Shown: piece after piece, positions 28,765 to 39,830 of the stretch
How the letters are laid out: every line of letters starts with the position of its first letter
How positions within the stretch are numbered: position 1 is the stretch's first letter
Notes under the pieces: model-generated
Told to the model about the DNA's origin: nothing
The model's database searches: none
What the model saw: only the letters and a program-made list of their open reading frames with translations
Assembly (NCBI GenBank): GCA_963703315.1
Contig: OY969811.1
Coordinates: 2,592,001 to 2,656,000 of the forward strand
DNA: 64,000 nt
Reading direction: 5' to 3'
Source: an uncultured cyanobacterium
Lineage (GTDB): Bacteria; Cyanobacteriota; Cyanobacteriia; Pseudanabaenales; Pseudanabaenaceae
Translations under genes and position numbers: made by a program

Positions 28765-31473
28765 CTATTTCTCGGTGAGCCTCCATACGCCGTCCCAATC
28801 ATCTTCAGGAGGATGATTTAAGAAATGATGACAACGGGTAAAGTGCAGATTAGCAGCTTTGTTATGGCTATCAATGGCTAGCACCTGAGCAAACTCAGCG
28901 ACAGCTTGACTAAAGTTGCGGGAGAGATAATGCTTACGCCCTGCATGATAATGCTCAACAATTCTTGTCTGCGTCTCCGTCAGAGGATCGGACTTTAATC
29001 CCAATAACTCGTAAACACCAACGGGTTGATTTTTACCCTTGACTTGGATGCAGTCGAGTTCACGTACCCAAATGCGATCGCCACAGAGTTTATAGGTAGC
29101 TTCACTAATAATTACATCTGTACCATATTGTTTACTGGCTCCTTCTAGGCGTGAGCCAAGATTGACACCATCGCCGATCGCCGTAAATTCCATCCGTCTG
29201 GTAGAGCCAATATTGCCACTAATCACCGTGTCGGAATTAATACCGATGCCGATCTTAATGGTTGCCATATCCATCTCTTTTTGATTTTGTGGCTTTAGCT
29301 TTTCGATCCGCTTGATATTAAATTCCTGTAGGCGATGCCGCATATCGATCGCAGTTTGTACCGCCATCCATGCATGATCAGGAATTGGTAGAGGCGAACC
29401 GAATACTGCCATGATCGCATCACCGATGTATTTGTCCAGCGTGCCTTTGTAATTAAAGACAGCTTCCACCATCGTTTCAAAATACTCGTTCAGCATCATC
29501 ACCACATCTTCGGCGGCGAGGGACTCGGTCAGCGTGGTGTAGCTGCGAATATCAGAGAATAGCACCGAAACTTCTTTGCGATCGCCGCCCATCTTCGCAT
29601 CGCCACCAGCTAAAAGCTGTTCCGCCAGTTCCTGAGTCATGTAGCGGTACATCGTACTCTTGAGGCGCTTTTCTTGGCTAATGTCTTCCATGACCACTAG
29701 CGCCCCATGCACACCTTCGCCTTCATCACCTTCGGACATCGTATTGATGGAGATATTAATGCTGTGTTGTGCGCCATCGGTCGATCGCAGAGTTTGGTCT
29801 GGATAATATTGCTTGCGACTTTTTTCGTCACCACCACCTAAACTCGTCTCAAACCATTTAGTAAAGTTGGCTTTCTCAATATTCACCAGTTCGTAAACCG
29901 ATTGCCCTTCGAGGGAAGTATTACCAACACCGAGTAAATCGTAGGCACGTTCATTGGCGGCGATAATTTTGCCATGCTTATCCGTAGAAATGACCCCATC
30001 GGATAGACTGCGGAGAATATCCTTTTGCATTTGCTGTTCTTGCTTGACTTTCGCAAACAACTTGGCATTTTCTAGCGCTACACCTGCCTGCACGTTGAAG
30101 ACTTTCATGAATTCTTCGTCATTGCCATTGAAACTTGCTTTGAAGCGATCGGGGGCGGCTGGCCATGAATGGGGATCGTATTCAGGAAAATCGCCACGCT
30201 GTACTTTGTTAACTAGTTGGGTAACACCAATTAACTCTTTGTTAGAGTTAAAAATTGGCATACAAAGTAAGCTACAGGTGCGATAACCATTGGCTTGGTC
30301 AAATTTCTTAGAGTTACTAGCTTCAGGATGTTCGTAGAGGTCAAAGGGAATATTCAAGACTTCGCCTGTAATTGCCACACGCCCCGCAAAGCCAACTCCC
30401 ATTGGTACACGCAACTCTTTAGTTAAGCCATGTTGATCGACAATTTGTGTCCAGAGATCATTCTGATCGCGATCAATTAACCAGAGGGTGCTGCGATCGG
30501 CGTTCATCAGCAACTTGGCTTCATCCATTACCTTTTTCAGAGTTGCCTCTAGGTCTAAACTCTGACCCAGTGACATGGCTGCTTTCATCAAGGCATCAGC
30601 AGCACGCTGTTTTTGGGCAGCCGAATAGAAAGCCTGAGAGCTTTCTAAAATTAGGCGCATAGATGGTACAAATTGAGCGAAGAGAGCCTCATCCTTTTTG
30701 GTGAACCCAAAATTATCAACTCTCTCTTCGAGGGGGAGTGAGGGATCATCAATTCGCAGTTTATTGATTAGCTGCACTACGGCTACGAGTTGACCACTAT
30801 CACTCAAAAGCGGCATGGCGATCATGGAGTAAGTCCGATAACCTGTTCGCTCATATTGTTTTTTGGCTTGAGTCGATCGCGGATCATCAAAAAAATCGAA
30901 GGGAATATTGATGGTTTGATTAAAAGTTGCCACTTCCCCTGCGATGCTGGTTGGCTCAGTGGAAATGCGGATTTCAATATTTTTTCCGTCTTCACTAGGG
31001 ACATTTGTCCAAAGCTGGTTTTTCTCAGCATCTAATAAAAAGATAGTGGTGCGATCGGCGGATAAGAGTTCACCAACTTTGGCACGAATCGCTTGAAGCA
31101 TTTCATCAAGAATGACATCAAAGTCGGTGCTGAGCATTCCTAAAGTTTGATTGACAATCTGTAGTCTTTTCTCAACATCAGTAATGACTTTGCTAAACTT
31201 TTCAGGAGTAAGTGGCGCAAGCATGGAGGCAAAATTGCCTCCTCCTGTCACAGTTAGAGCGCTGGAATAGTTCTCAGAAATATTGCTTTCAGGGTTGTCA
31301 TGAAAACTAGATGGAGATGGGTCGTTGTGCTTGACAGATGGGAATTCACTTGAAGATTCGCTCTCTGCAATTACATCAATCGTGGCATCAATCGTGGCGG
31401 TAGTATCTACAGATGGTATGCGAGAAGGGGATGATGGTGTCATAGCAGCACTAAGATTTTCGGTTAGTCCCAA
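28765..31473 (-). CDS. cyaB1: GAF-GAF-PAS class III adenylate cyclase (CyaB1-like)
   Basis: Two GAFs with NK..F...DE motifs, PAS, FSDIRSYT, DKYIGDAIM, FTAIGDGVNLGSRLE. Confidence 0.85.
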   Translation of the reverse strand: MGLTENLSAAMTPSSPSRIPSVDTTATIDATIDVIAESESSSEFPSVKHNDPSPSSFHDNPESNISENYSSALTVTGGGNFASMLAPLTPEKFSKVITDVEKRLQIVNQTLGMLSTDFDVILDEMLQAIRAKVGELLSADRTTIFLLDAEKNQLWTNVPSEDGKNIEIRISTEPTSIAGEVATFNQTINIPFDFFDDPRSTQAKKQYERTGYRTYSMIAMPLLSDSGQLVAVVQLINKLRIDDPSLPLEERVDNFGFTKKDEALFAQFVPSMRLILESSQAFYSAAQKQRAADALMKAAMSLGQSLDLEATLKKVMDEAKLLMNADRSTLWLIDRDQNDLWTQIVDQHGLTKELRVPMGVGFAGRVAITGEVLNIPFDLYEHPEASNSKKFDQANGYRTCSLLCMPIFNSNKELIGVTQLVNKVQRGDFPEYDPHSWPAAPDRFKASFNGNDEEFMKVFNVQAGVALENAKLFAKVKQEQQMQKDILRSLSDGVISTDKHGKIIAANERAYDLLGVGNTSLEGQSVYELVNIEKANFTKWFETSLGGGDEKSRKQYYPDQTLRSTDGAQHSINISINTMSEGDEGEGVHGALVVMEDISQEKRLKSTMYRYMTQELAEQLLAGGDAKMGGDRKEVSVLFSDIRSYTTLTESLAAEDVVMMLNEYFETMVEAVFNYKGTLDKYIGDAIMAVFGSPLPIPDHAWMAVQTAIDMRHRLQEFNIKRIEKLKPQNQKEMDMATIKIGIGINSDTVISGNIGSTRRMEFTAIGDGVNLGSRLEGASKQYGTDVIISEATYKLCGDRIWVRELDCIQVKGKNQPVGVYELLGLKSDPLTETQTRIVEHYHAGRKHYLSRNFSQAVAEFAQVLAIDSHNKAANLHFTRCHHFLNHPPEDDWDGVWRLTEK

Positions 31474-31664
31474 CTTTTTAAGAGCCTTGATGCTGATCTA
31501 AGTACTCTTGTTCCACTGGCATATTCACTGGCACATTTAGGTGTGAGCTTAGTACAAAGCCAACTCTAGTCAATCTAAAAAAGTTATCTTAGCATCCCTC
31601 AGATTGAGATCGCAAACCCAGATCCAAAGAGAGGGGCGGCGCTTCGCGCCGCTCATCTCTTTGG

Positions 31665-32219
31665 TCAATTACTCGCATCTTCTCTGAGACGATTAGGTGT
31701 GATTCTTGACTGAATCATGGTTACAAGTCGATCGCTAATATCTTCAGGTGTTTCCTCAGCATTGACCATAATTGAAATATCGGCTTGGGCATAGCGATCG
31801 CGCCTTTGTTCGTAGAGATCTTGCAGCCTTTGTAAGGCATTTTCAGTTTGTAAGAGTGGACGATGAGCAGATTCGTTTTTGAGCCGATCGTACAAAATCT
31901 CGACAGGCACATCAATCCAAATCACAATTCCATCATGTAAATGCGACCAATTTAGCGATCGCACCACCACGCCGCCCCCTGTGGCAACGACTAAACGGGT
32001 ATAGGCAGAAACCTGCGAAACGACCTGTTGCTCAAGATCGCGAAATGACTCTTCGCCTTCATTAGCAAAAATCTCAGGGATTGATTTACCTGCACATTGC
32101 TCAATTAATGGATCGGTATCGATAAAGTTGTAATTTAACTTTTTGGCTAAAAATTTACCGACGGTACTTTTACCAGCACCCATCATTCCAATCAAAAAAA
32201 TATTCGTTCCGTTGAGCAT
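31665..32219 (-). CDS. aroK: Shikimate kinase
   Basis: GMMGAGKST, FRDLE, ATGGG, RPLL. Confidence 0.95.
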   Translation of the reverse strand: MLNGTNIFLIGMMGAGKSTVGKFLAKKLNYNFIDTDPLIEQCAGKSIPEIFANEGEESFRDLEQQVVSQVSAYTRLVVATGGGVVVRSLNWSHLHDGIVIWIDVPVEILYDRLKNESAHRPLLQTENALQRLQDLYEQRRDRYAQADISIMVNAEETPEDISDRLVTMIQSRITPNRLREDASN

Positions 32220-32365
32220 TGGCTTAGATTTTAGAAATTAGAAGAAGACAGTGCTTTGCACTGCTTTCTTCTAATCATTCTACGAAAGTTGCTTAAAAAT
32301 CACATAGAATCATTTATTGTCACCTCGACACTGTTAGTGAAACTGTAAATTAGAGTACGTTGTGA

Positions 32366-33919
32366 ATGCTGAACTCTCGCCCAGTCTTGTCTCGTAAAAG
32401 TTTGTTTTTAGGTCTAGGAATTGTCAGTGTTGTCGCGATCGCCAATACTCTATTTTCGCTTGAGCATGACTGGCATTTATTAAGCCTGACTACGCTGATG
32501 ATTGGCGGCACGCTTTTGTTTGTAAATGTGCGTCAGAGTCTAGCTACAGTTATCGAACAGCCAAAAGTTATTGATCGCAGCTTTTTATTTAAGGAATTAC
32601 AACAGGCGCAAAAGGCGATCGCTAAAATTGCTGATTTTAGTAAACGGGAAGCGTTAAACGACCAAGCACAAAAAATTACGACTAACTTACAAAAAAATCA
32701 TTTTCAGATTGTTGTTTTCGGAACAGGCTCATCGGGAAAAACTTCAGTGATTAATGCTTTGCTGGGGCGTAAGGCAGGCAAGACGGCAGTAACGATTGGG
32801 ACAACGATCGCCCGTCAAGAGTACACATATCAAGGCATTGATTTTTCTCCCGTTGGCATTACACCCATTCATAGTGACACCAGAATAAAACGCCAAATTT
32901 CTTTACTTGATACATCAGGAACTCAAGAAATGGGTGCTATGGGGCAGCAACGCGAGCTAGAAGCTTTGCAAATAGCCCAAAATGCCGATCTGATGATTTT
33001 TGTGACGGCAGGGGATTTGACTAATTCTGAATATCGTGAACTCGATCGCCTTGCAGGATTGGGTAAGCGGATAATTCTTGCCCTCAATAAAACTGATTTA
33101 TATTTGCCAAGCGATCGCCAAGGCATATTAACCAAGCTTAAAGAACGGACTCAGCAATTTTTAGGAGAAACCGATATTGTAGCGATCGCGGCTAACCCTA
33201 GTCCGATTAAAGTCCGTCAGTATGCCAATGCTGAAGAGTCGGCAAGTCATCATGCTAGTAGCGAATGGTGGGAGGATGTACCACCTGACGTGATTGCTTT
33301 AAAAGAACGCATTGAAACAATTCTTTCTAACGAGTGGGAAGATTTGTTAATTCGCAATACTCATCTTCAGCTTGAAAATTTGTTACAGCAAATCAACGGC
33401 ACGATCAATCAAGAACGTCGCCAAGATGCCAACACGATCATCAATCGTTATCAGTTGATTGCGGCAACGACAGTTTTTGCAAACCCCATTCCTGCGATCG
33501 ATCTCTTGGCTGGAGCCGCAATTAATACCCAAATGTTAGTGGATCTCGCCAAAATTTATGACCGTCCCTTAAATCTGAAACAAGCACAGCAGTTCGCCCT
33601 GACGATCGCACAGCAATTATTGCAACTCGGCTGTATAGAAATCGCCACTTCGGCGATCGCTTCTTGCTTCAAGGTCAATGCCCTTACCTACGCGATCGGC
33701 GGTTCCATGCAGGCTGTCACGGCTGCCTATTTGACTCACATTGGTGGGATGAGCTTTGTGGCATATTTAGAGCAGCAACCCAATACTCAAGCCATTTCTA
33801 GCACTGAAACAACTAATGCCCTGCAACAGCTATGTCAAAAGACATTTAAGGCATTGCAAGGCGATCGCTTTTTTATAGATTTTGTAACTAACATTTCAAA
33901 ACGTTTAGTAACTAGCTAA
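32366..33919 (+). CDS. Second YcjF-like GTPase with DUF697 domain
   Basis: GTGSSGKTS, DTSG, NKTD, NPIPAIDLL. Confidence 0.82.
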   Translation: MLNSRPVLSRKSLFLGLGIVSVVAIANTLFSLEHDWHLLSLTTLMIGGTLLFVNVRQSLATVIEQPKVIDRSFLFKELQQAQKAIAKIADFSKREALNDQAQKITTNLQKNHFQIVVFGTGSSGKTSVINALLGRKAGKTAVTIGTTIARQEYTYQGIDFSPVGITPIHSDTRIKRQISLLDTSGTQEMGAMGQQRELEALQIAQNADLMIFVTAGDLTNSEYRELDRLAGLGKRIILALNKTDLYLPSDRQGILTKLKERTQQFLGETDIVAIAANPSPIKVRQYANAEESASHHASSEWWEDVPPDVIALKERIETILSNEWEDLLIRNTHLQLENLLQQINGTINQERRQDANTIINRYQLIAATTVFANPIPAIDLLAGAAINTQMLVDLAKIYDRPLNLKQAQQFALTIAQQLLQLGCIEIATSAIASCFKVNALTYAIGGSMQAVTAAYLTHIGGMSFVAYLEQQPNTQAISSTETTNALQQLCQKTFKALQGDRFFIDFVTNISKRLVTS

Positions 33920-33960
33920 AGAAGAAAAGGCGACGCAAAGCGTCGCCTTTTCTTCTTTAG
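33916..33960. terminator. 21-bp perfect hairpin between convergent genes
   Basis: CTAAAGAAGAAAAGGCGACGC-AAA-GCGTCGCCTTTTCTTCTTTAG. Confidence 0.7.
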
Positions 33961-34018
33961 ACATGGCTATAATTCACCAAAGTGTCGTCACACTTTGGTG
34001 AATTAGTATAAGGAATGA

Positions 34019-34219
34019 CTACAAATCACCACTGCTGGCAGACAATAGGAAAATAATTACAGGACCAGAAATAACGATTAAAGCTAAGCTGGTTAGTTGG
34101 AAAATTAGCTGAAAGTTGATACTTGATAAAGCAGAGAATACAGAGTTCAAAGCGCCTTCACCGATAAAAGAGAGCATATAAAAGTTTACGCTCAATAAAG
34201 TGGAAATTGCAGAGTCCAT
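34019..34219 (-). CDS. psb30: Photosystem II subunit Psb30 (Ycf12), start uncertain
   Basis: INFQLIFQLTSLALIVISGPVIIFLL...GDL. Confidence 0.85.
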   Translation of the reverse strand: MDSAISTLLSVNFYMLSFIGEGALNSVFSALSSINFQLIFQLTSLALIVISGPVIIFLLSASSGDL

Positions 34220-34439
34220 AGCAGTTTTTTAAATATGATTAATTAATCTAACAAAATTCTAGACCCATTCTACCAATCATCGCCACTCTAAACTATCTAA
34301 ATCGGATTTGGTATTACGCCTTTTTAAGTGAATAATTTAGTGATACGAGGTTTAGCCGCGCACCACCAATTATTCACTTGGGTTTTCTGGTTTGGATAAA
34401 GAAGCGCTATCATTTGAGATATATTCACAATATTCATAA

Positions 34440-35351
34440 TTGGTAAGAGTTATACCTGTGCGTCATCGAATTTGGTTGCTGGCAATTCTTGCTTCTGTTA
34501 GTGTTGGAGCCTCTCCACTACGCGCTCAAGCACTATTACCCCATACGACTCGGATTAATTTTGGCAACTTAGAAGAGCAAGCGCTCAACTTAGCAAGAGA
34601 AGCGGCTCAACTTGCTCAGTTTGAGCAGTATGATTTGGCGTTACCCCGCGCTCGCCTAGCCGCACAGCTAGCGCCCAGAGCTTTTCAAACTCAAGGTATT
34701 CTTGGCAGTATTTATCTGCGTAAGGAGCAATATAAAGAAGCGATCGCCTCTTTAGTGGCTGCTCACAACCTCAAAAAAGACGAACCCACGATTTTATTTA
34801 GTCTAGGTGCTGCTTATCTTCGCAACAAAAATTATCCCGAATCAATTAGCAATCTTAAAAAGGGATTAACCCTTGAGCCGAAAGCTGCCACAGCTATGTT
34901 TGATTTAGGTAATGCCTACTTTTTGACTAAGCGTTACGATGAGGCTGTCACTGTCTACAATGATGTGCTTGTGATCGACAATAAGTTTTGGGCAGCAACT
35001 AATAATATTGGTTTAGTCGAGTACGAACGGGGGAATGTTGATCAGGCGATCTCCAAATGGCAAAACTCACTTAAGCAAGCTGAAAAAGTTGAGTTCCTTG
35101 CGGCGGAGCCAACCCTTGCCCTTGCTACTGCTTTTTATCGTAAAGGCGATCGCACTAAAGCAGTGCAGCTAGCCGTTGAGGCGATGAAGATCGATCCCCG
35201 CTATGGCAAAATTCCATACTTAGTCGAAAATCTCTGGGGCGATCGCTTAATTGCCGATGTGCAGTTAGTTTTATCACAGCCTCAAGTTAAACAAATTCTA
35301 GACGAGAGCGATCTATCAACTCGACAGGTTCCTAAAGTCCGTCGTAATTAG
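34440..35351 (+). CDS. Exported TPR protein
   Basis: Signal peptide, TPR repeats (FDLGNAY, NNIGLVEYE), ENLWG. Confidence 0.8.
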   Translation: MVRVIPVRHRIWLLAILASVSVGASPLRAQALLPHTTRINFGNLEEQALNLAREAAQLAQFEQYDLALPRARLAAQLAPRAFQTQGILGSIYLRKEQYKEAIASLVAAHNLKKDEPTILFSLGAAYLRNKNYPESISNLKKGLTLEPKAATAMFDLGNAYFLTKRYDEAVTVYNDVLVIDNKFWAATNNIGLVEYERGNVDQAISKWQNSLKQAEKVEFLAAEPTLALATAFYRKGDRTKAVQLAVEAMKIDPRYGKIPYLVENLWGDRLIADVQLVLSQPQVKQILDESDLSTRQVPKVRRN

Positions 35352-35445
35352 ATATTGATATCATCAATAAAAATAAGCGCTCTTAAAGGCGCTTATTTTT
35401 ATTGATTTCTTGTTGCCGCTACTTTCTAGAAGTAAAGACAATCGC

Positions 35446-36138
35446 CTAAATCACCGAATCTCGCACAACATTAGTCCGCACCCATTTACGAAATTCCCTT
35501 AAGGTTGCACTTTCTCCTAAATTCAATCGTTGCTGCACATACTCCACAATAATCGCGGCTGGTAAATCAGGAAAAGCTAAACTCTTCTCTATCGGTTTAT
35601 ATTCCCCATCTTGTAAAGCTAGAAACTCCAAACTATAGCCATCATAACGCCAGACTTCAGGTACACCCAGCAACGCATAAATCGGTAAACGGCGATCGCT
35701 AGGATTGGTAATATCCACTTCTAAAACTAAATCAGGTGGCGGATCTTGCCCAACGATAATTACTTCTTTGCCACGAATTATTGGTTCATTTTGGATGTAG
35801 TAACAAGAATCTGGCTCTGCTCCTAGCTTGAGATTCGGAATTTTCATTAATAATGAACCGAGCTTTCGCAAATCAATTGCTAATTCATCAGAAAATGCTC
35901 TAATTAAATCATCAATAAATCGATTGCTACCTTCGTGGAGTGAGAGCGGAGACATGATTTCTAAAGTGCCATTGAAGTAATGAAATAAAGTTTTGCGGCG
36001 ATCGCCGACATCGGCAAGTAAATTTTCAAAAGTATGCCAACTAACGTTATGTAAGATCACTCGATCTTCCGCAAGTGGTCTGACCTGCTCATGACTTGGA
36101 GATGAAGTAATAGGTTTGTTTAGTGTTGTGGCAATCAT
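35446..36138 (-). CDS. Uma2-family endonuclease-like protein
   Basis: EPDSCYYIQN, PPPDLVLEVD, LGVPEVWRYDG. Confidence 0.88.
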   Translation of the reverse strand: MIATTLNKPITSSPSHEQVRPLAEDRVILHNVSWHTFENLLADVGDRRKTLFHYFNGTLEIMSPLSLHEGSNRFIDDLIRAFSDELAIDLRKLGSLLMKIPNLKLGAEPDSCYYIQNEPIIRGKEVIIVGQDPPPDLVLEVDITNPSDRRLPIYALLGVPEVWRYDGYSLEFLALQDGEYKPIEKSLAFPDLPAAIIVEYVQQRLNLGESATLREFRKWVRTNVVRDSVI

Positions 36139-36267
36139 TGTGATTTCCTCTGTTCTTAATTAGAACGGCGATCGCTATATTTAGTTAGATTTTAGCCTTT
36201 AGCAATACTTGAGTGGCAAAACCAAAAAAGTGAGTTGTACCGCAAAGCGATGCAACTCTGACGACAA

Positions 36268-36312
36268 CAATAAAAAAGGCAACTTTACTGAGTAAAGTTG
36301 CCTTTTTTATTG
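36268..36312 (-). terminator. Hairpin ending the ribosomal protein operon
   Basis: 21-bp perfect stem with TGA loop immediately after the infA stop, with T-rich arm. Confidence 0.7.
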
Positions 36313-36313
36313 A

Positions 36314-36553
36314 CTATTTTTTCCCGCCGCCTTGATTTTTGAGGCGGTAGGTGATGCGTCCTTTTGTGAGGTCGTATGGAGTTAGTTCCACCTTGACGCG
36401 ATCGCCTGGCAAAATTTTGATGTAGTTCCGACGGATCTTGCCCGAAATATGAGCAAGTACATTAAAGCCATTATCGAGAGCAACTCGAAACATAGCATTA
36501 GGAAGAGACTCAGTTACCGTCCCTTCCATTTCAATAGCATCTTCTTTTGACAA
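36314..36553 (-). CDS. infA: Translation initiation factor IF-1
   Basis: [34 protein letters not shown]. Confidence 0.98.
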   Translation of the reverse strand: MSKEDAIEMEGTVTESLPNAMFRVALDNGFNVLAHISGKIRRNYIKILPGDRVKVELTPYDLTKGRITYRLKNQGGGKK

Positions 36554-36628
36554 ATAACCTCTCCAAAAATTTAGTATAAGTTCTATAGATTGTGATAATT
36601 CTAGAAGCTTAGCTTCATCAAATTATGA

Positions 36629-37192
36629 TCATGCCTTGGCAAAGAATTCTTTGATGATTTTAGTTACCTCTGACATAGAGGGAGTGCCATCAATTTGCTT
36701 AACTTTATCTCCATAGAATTCTAGCAAAGGTCTAGTTTTGGCATTGTACTCCTCAAGGCGATTCTTGATTACATCCTCAGTATCATCGGCACGTCCTTGA
36801 TCGATTGCCCTTGCTTTGAGGCGATCGATTAGAAACTGATCTGGTACATCAAGATTGACCACTGCATCGTAAGGCTGATTGATCTCTGCCAACAAAATAT
36901 CCAGAGCTTCCGCCTGAGCAACAGTACGAGGAAAGCCATCAAGAATCCAACCAGTTTGGGTATCAGGTTGGCGTAAGCGCGACTCGATTACTTCAATTAC
37001 AACTTCATCAGGCACAAGTCTGCCAGAATCGCTGAATGACTTAACCTTTAACCCAAGCTCCGTACCCTCTTTAATTTCCGCCCTAAAGATATCACCAGGA
37101 GCAATTTTCGGTACTTGCCACTCAGTAGCCAAAATTTCTCCCTGTGTCCCCTTTCCAGCCCCAGGAGGACCCATCAAAATTACTCTCGGCAT
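36629..37192 (-). CDS. adk: Adenylate kinase
   Basis: GPPGAGKGTQ, LDGFPRT, RADD. Confidence 0.97.
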   Translation of the reverse strand: MPRVILMGPPGAGKGTQGEILATEWQVPKIAPGDIFRAEIKEGTELGLKVKSFSDSGRLVPDEVVIEVIESRLRQPDTQTGWILDGFPRTVAQAEALDILLAEINQPYDAVVNLDVPDQFLIDRLKARAIDQGRADDTEDVIKNRLEEYNAKTRPLLEFYGDKVKQIDGTPSMSEVTKIIKEFFAKA

Positions 37193-38532
37193 TATTGTTT
37201 CACCATACCTTCATAACGTTGAGAGATCACATAGGTTTGGATTTGCTTCGAGGTTTCGATCGCCACACCCACCAAGATTAGTAACGAAGTTGCACCAATA
37301 CCACTAAAGGTAGAGACACCTGTCGCTTTTTCTAAGGCACTAGGAATAATCGCAATTCCGCACAAAAATACAGAACCCAGCAAAGTTAAGCGATTTAAAA
37401 CACCACTGATGTAATCAGATGTAGCTTTTCCGGGGCGCACTGTGGGAATACTGCTACCCATCTTTTTGAGATTTTGGGACAACTCAATCGGATTTAAGAC
37501 CAGAGTTGAGTAAAAGAAACTAAAGCCAAGAATCAGCAGCATATATACAGGGATATGTCCCGCACCACTAGGAGAAATCCAAGTAGCGATCGCCACAAAT
37601 ACTTCGTTATTAATGCTTTGGCTGAGATAGGCTGGCAAAATCATCACCGATGAAGCAAAAATAATTGGCATTACGCCACCTTGGTTTAGGCGCAACGGCA
37701 AATAAGAAGACTGTTCACGGTAAAGCTTACGTCCCACTTGACGACGTGCCGAAATAATCGGAATGCGCCGTGTTCCTTCCTGCACAAACACAATTCCCAC
37801 GATCATAATTAAGAAGATCACTAGCAGCAGGATCACACCACCAACTCGTGAACTATCTTTTTGAGCAAGGGAAATCGTATCACCAAAAGATTTTGGCAAG
37901 TTAGCGACAATACTGATAAAAATCAGCAGTGAAGCACCATTGCCAACGCCTTTCTCCGTAATTAGTTCACCAGCCCACATCACAAACATCGAACCTGCGG
38001 CAAGAGCTACCGTAGTTTGAAAAATAAAACTGGAGAAAATTACGCGCCCATCGCCAATCGTGATCCAGTTAGAGCTTAATTCCGACAATACGCCAGAATT
38101 TTGTACCCAAACGCCCAAACCCCAACTTTGAATCACTGCCCAAACAAAGGCGACATAGCGGGTATATTGTGAGATTTTTCTTCTACCAGCTTCACCTTCA
38201 TTCTTTTGAAGATTTTCTAAAGTTGGTAACGCTGAGGTCATCAATTGCATGATAATCGAGGCGTTAATAAATGGCAAAATGCCAAGAGCAAAGATACCAA
38301 GTAACGATAAACCGCCACCTGAGAAAATATCTAAGAAATTAACTACAGCATTATTTCTGACAATTTCCGTAAATCTTAGGCGATCGACTCCTGGTAATGG
38401 CAAGTAAATACCGAGTCTAACTAATATCAAAACACCAACAGTAACTAACAAACGTCCCCTTAACCCTGCGGCTTGAGCCATTTGCAAAAAAGTTTCTTGC
38501 GCTGTTGGGGTCTTGCCTTTACTGACAACCAT
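37192..38532 (-). CDS. secY: Preprotein translocase SecY
   Basis: FALGILPFINASII, GVGNGASL, GVMPIIFA. Confidence 0.98.
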   Translation of the reverse strand: MVVSKGKTPTAQETFLQMAQAAGLRGRLLVTVGVLILVRLGIYLPLPGVDRLRFTEIVRNNAVVNFLDIFSGGGLSLLGIFALGILPFINASIIMQLMTSALPTLENLQKNEGEAGRRKISQYTRYVAFVWAVIQSWGLGVWVQNSGVLSELSSNWITIGDGRVIFSSFIFQTTVALAAGSMFVMWAGELITEKGVGNGASLLIFISIVANLPKSFGDTISLAQKDSSRVGGVILLLVIFLIMIVGIVFVQEGTRRIPIISARRQVGRKLYREQSSYLPLRLNQGGVMPIIFASSVMILPAYLSQSINNEVFVAIATWISPSGAGHIPVYMLLILGFSFFYSTLVLNPIELSQNLKKMGSSIPTVRPGKATSDYISGVLNRLTLLGSVFLCGIAIIPSALEKATGVSTFSGIGATSLLILVGVAIETSKQIQTYVISQRYEGMVKQ

Positions 38533-38684
38533 AACTACATTTACCTCAAAGCTAATAATTATGAGTTAGGCGACGCTTTGTCCCACCTACCCTAAAGATA
38601 TCTAAATATTGTAGTTCTATAACAAAACAACAAAAGGGAATATGTGGCGAAATGCAAAGCACTTCGCCACATATTCCCTTTTAA

Positions 38685-39131
38685 TTAGGCTGCAACTTCG
38701 ACAGTGCCACCAGCCGCTTCAATTTTGGCTTTGGCAGATGCGGTAATTGAATGAGCGCGAACTGTTAGAGCTACGCTAACATCGCCTCTTCCTAACACGC
38801 GCAGTACACCATCGTTTTGAGTAATAATTCCTGCGTCCATTAAAGACTCAAGAGTTACTACTGTACCTTTAGGTAATCCGCTTAATTGGTCAAGGTTTAC
38901 AATTGTGAAATGCTTGGGATTTACAATTGTGAAATGCTTAAGTTTTGGTACTCGTCTGTAAAGAGGGATTTGACCACCTTCAAAACCAGGTCTGGTGGGA
39001 CGACCTGAACGAGATTTTTGACCACGCATACCGAAACCACCGCTAGCACCTTGCCCTGCGGCAATACCACGTCCTAAACGACGCTTGCGATGCTGTGAGC
39101 CTTCTTGAGGCTGAAGATCGTCAATTCTCAT
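38685..39131 (-). CDS. rplO: 50S ribosomal protein L15
   Basis: [20 protein letters not shown]. Confidence 0.97.
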   Translation of the reverse strand: MRIDDLQPQEGSQHRKRRLGRGIAAGQGASGGFGMRGQKSRSGRPTRPGFEGGQIPLYRRVPKLKHFTIVNPKHFTIVNLDQLSGLPKGTVVTLESLMDAGIITQNDGVLRVLGRGDVSVALTVRAHSITASAKAKIEAAGGTVEVAA

Positions 39132-39182
39132 AGTTTTTCCTTTTCACTTTTGACAATAACGGCGCGAAGCGCCGTTATTGCA

Positions 39183-39797
39183 TTAATTAAATAACTGTTC
39201 AAGGGTAATACCACGCGCTCTGGCAACTTCACCAAAGGTACGCAGGGTTGAAAGTGCATTAATTGCAGCACGAGCATTGTTTAGAGGGCTGCTAGAACCG
39301 AGTTGCTTTGCCAAAATATTTTTGACTCCAGCTAGTTCTAGTACAGTTCTGACGGCTCCACCAGCAATTACCCCAGTACCAGGAGATGCAGGACGGATGA
39401 TGACTTTAGCGCCACCACCAATACCATTAGTCGGGTGAGGGATAGAATTGCTCTTGGTTAAAGGCACATCGATCGCGTGCTTTCTAGCATCAGCAACACC
39501 TTTTTTGACGGCGTTGATCACATCGGCAGCCTTGCCAACGCCAACACCGACTTGTCCTTTCTCATTACCGACGACAACAATCGCACGGAAGCTGAGTTTC
39601 TTACCACCCTTAACAACTTTGGTTACGCGGCGGATTTGGACAACTCGTTCTTGCCATTCGGATTCTTTCTCGGTACGAGCGCGATCATTTTTCTTACTAT
39701 CGCGCTTACCTTTGCGTTTTTCATCGCGATTATCACCACTGTCGCCGCCGCCACTGTCGCGACCGCCACCTGGTCTAGATTCTCTATTCTTAGCCAT
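39183..39797 (-). CDS. rpsE: 30S ribosomal protein S5
   Basis: [16 protein letters not shown]. Confidence 0.97.
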   Translation of the reverse strand: MAKNRESRPGGGRDSGGGDSGDNRDEKRKGKRDSKKNDRARTEKESEWQERVVQIRRVTKVVKGGKKLSFRAIVVVGNEKGQVGVGVGKAADVINAVKKGVADARKHAIDVPLTKSNSIPHPTNGIGGGAKVIIRPASPGTGVIAGGAVRTVLELAGVKNILAKQLGSSSPLNNARAAINALSTLRTFGEVARARGITLEQLFN

Positions 39798-39830
39798 ATT
39801 TTTCTATCTACTGATTCACTGTTGGATACA

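Noticed and set aside
16182..33919. Two DUF697 GTPase paralogues as a novel system
   Set aside because: They are 15 kb apart and such paralogues are common in cyanobacteria.
38896..38939. 20-bp direct repeat in rplO (KHFTIVN twice)
   Set aside because: Falls in a naturally quasi-repeated part of L15; length looks normal and no function is implied.
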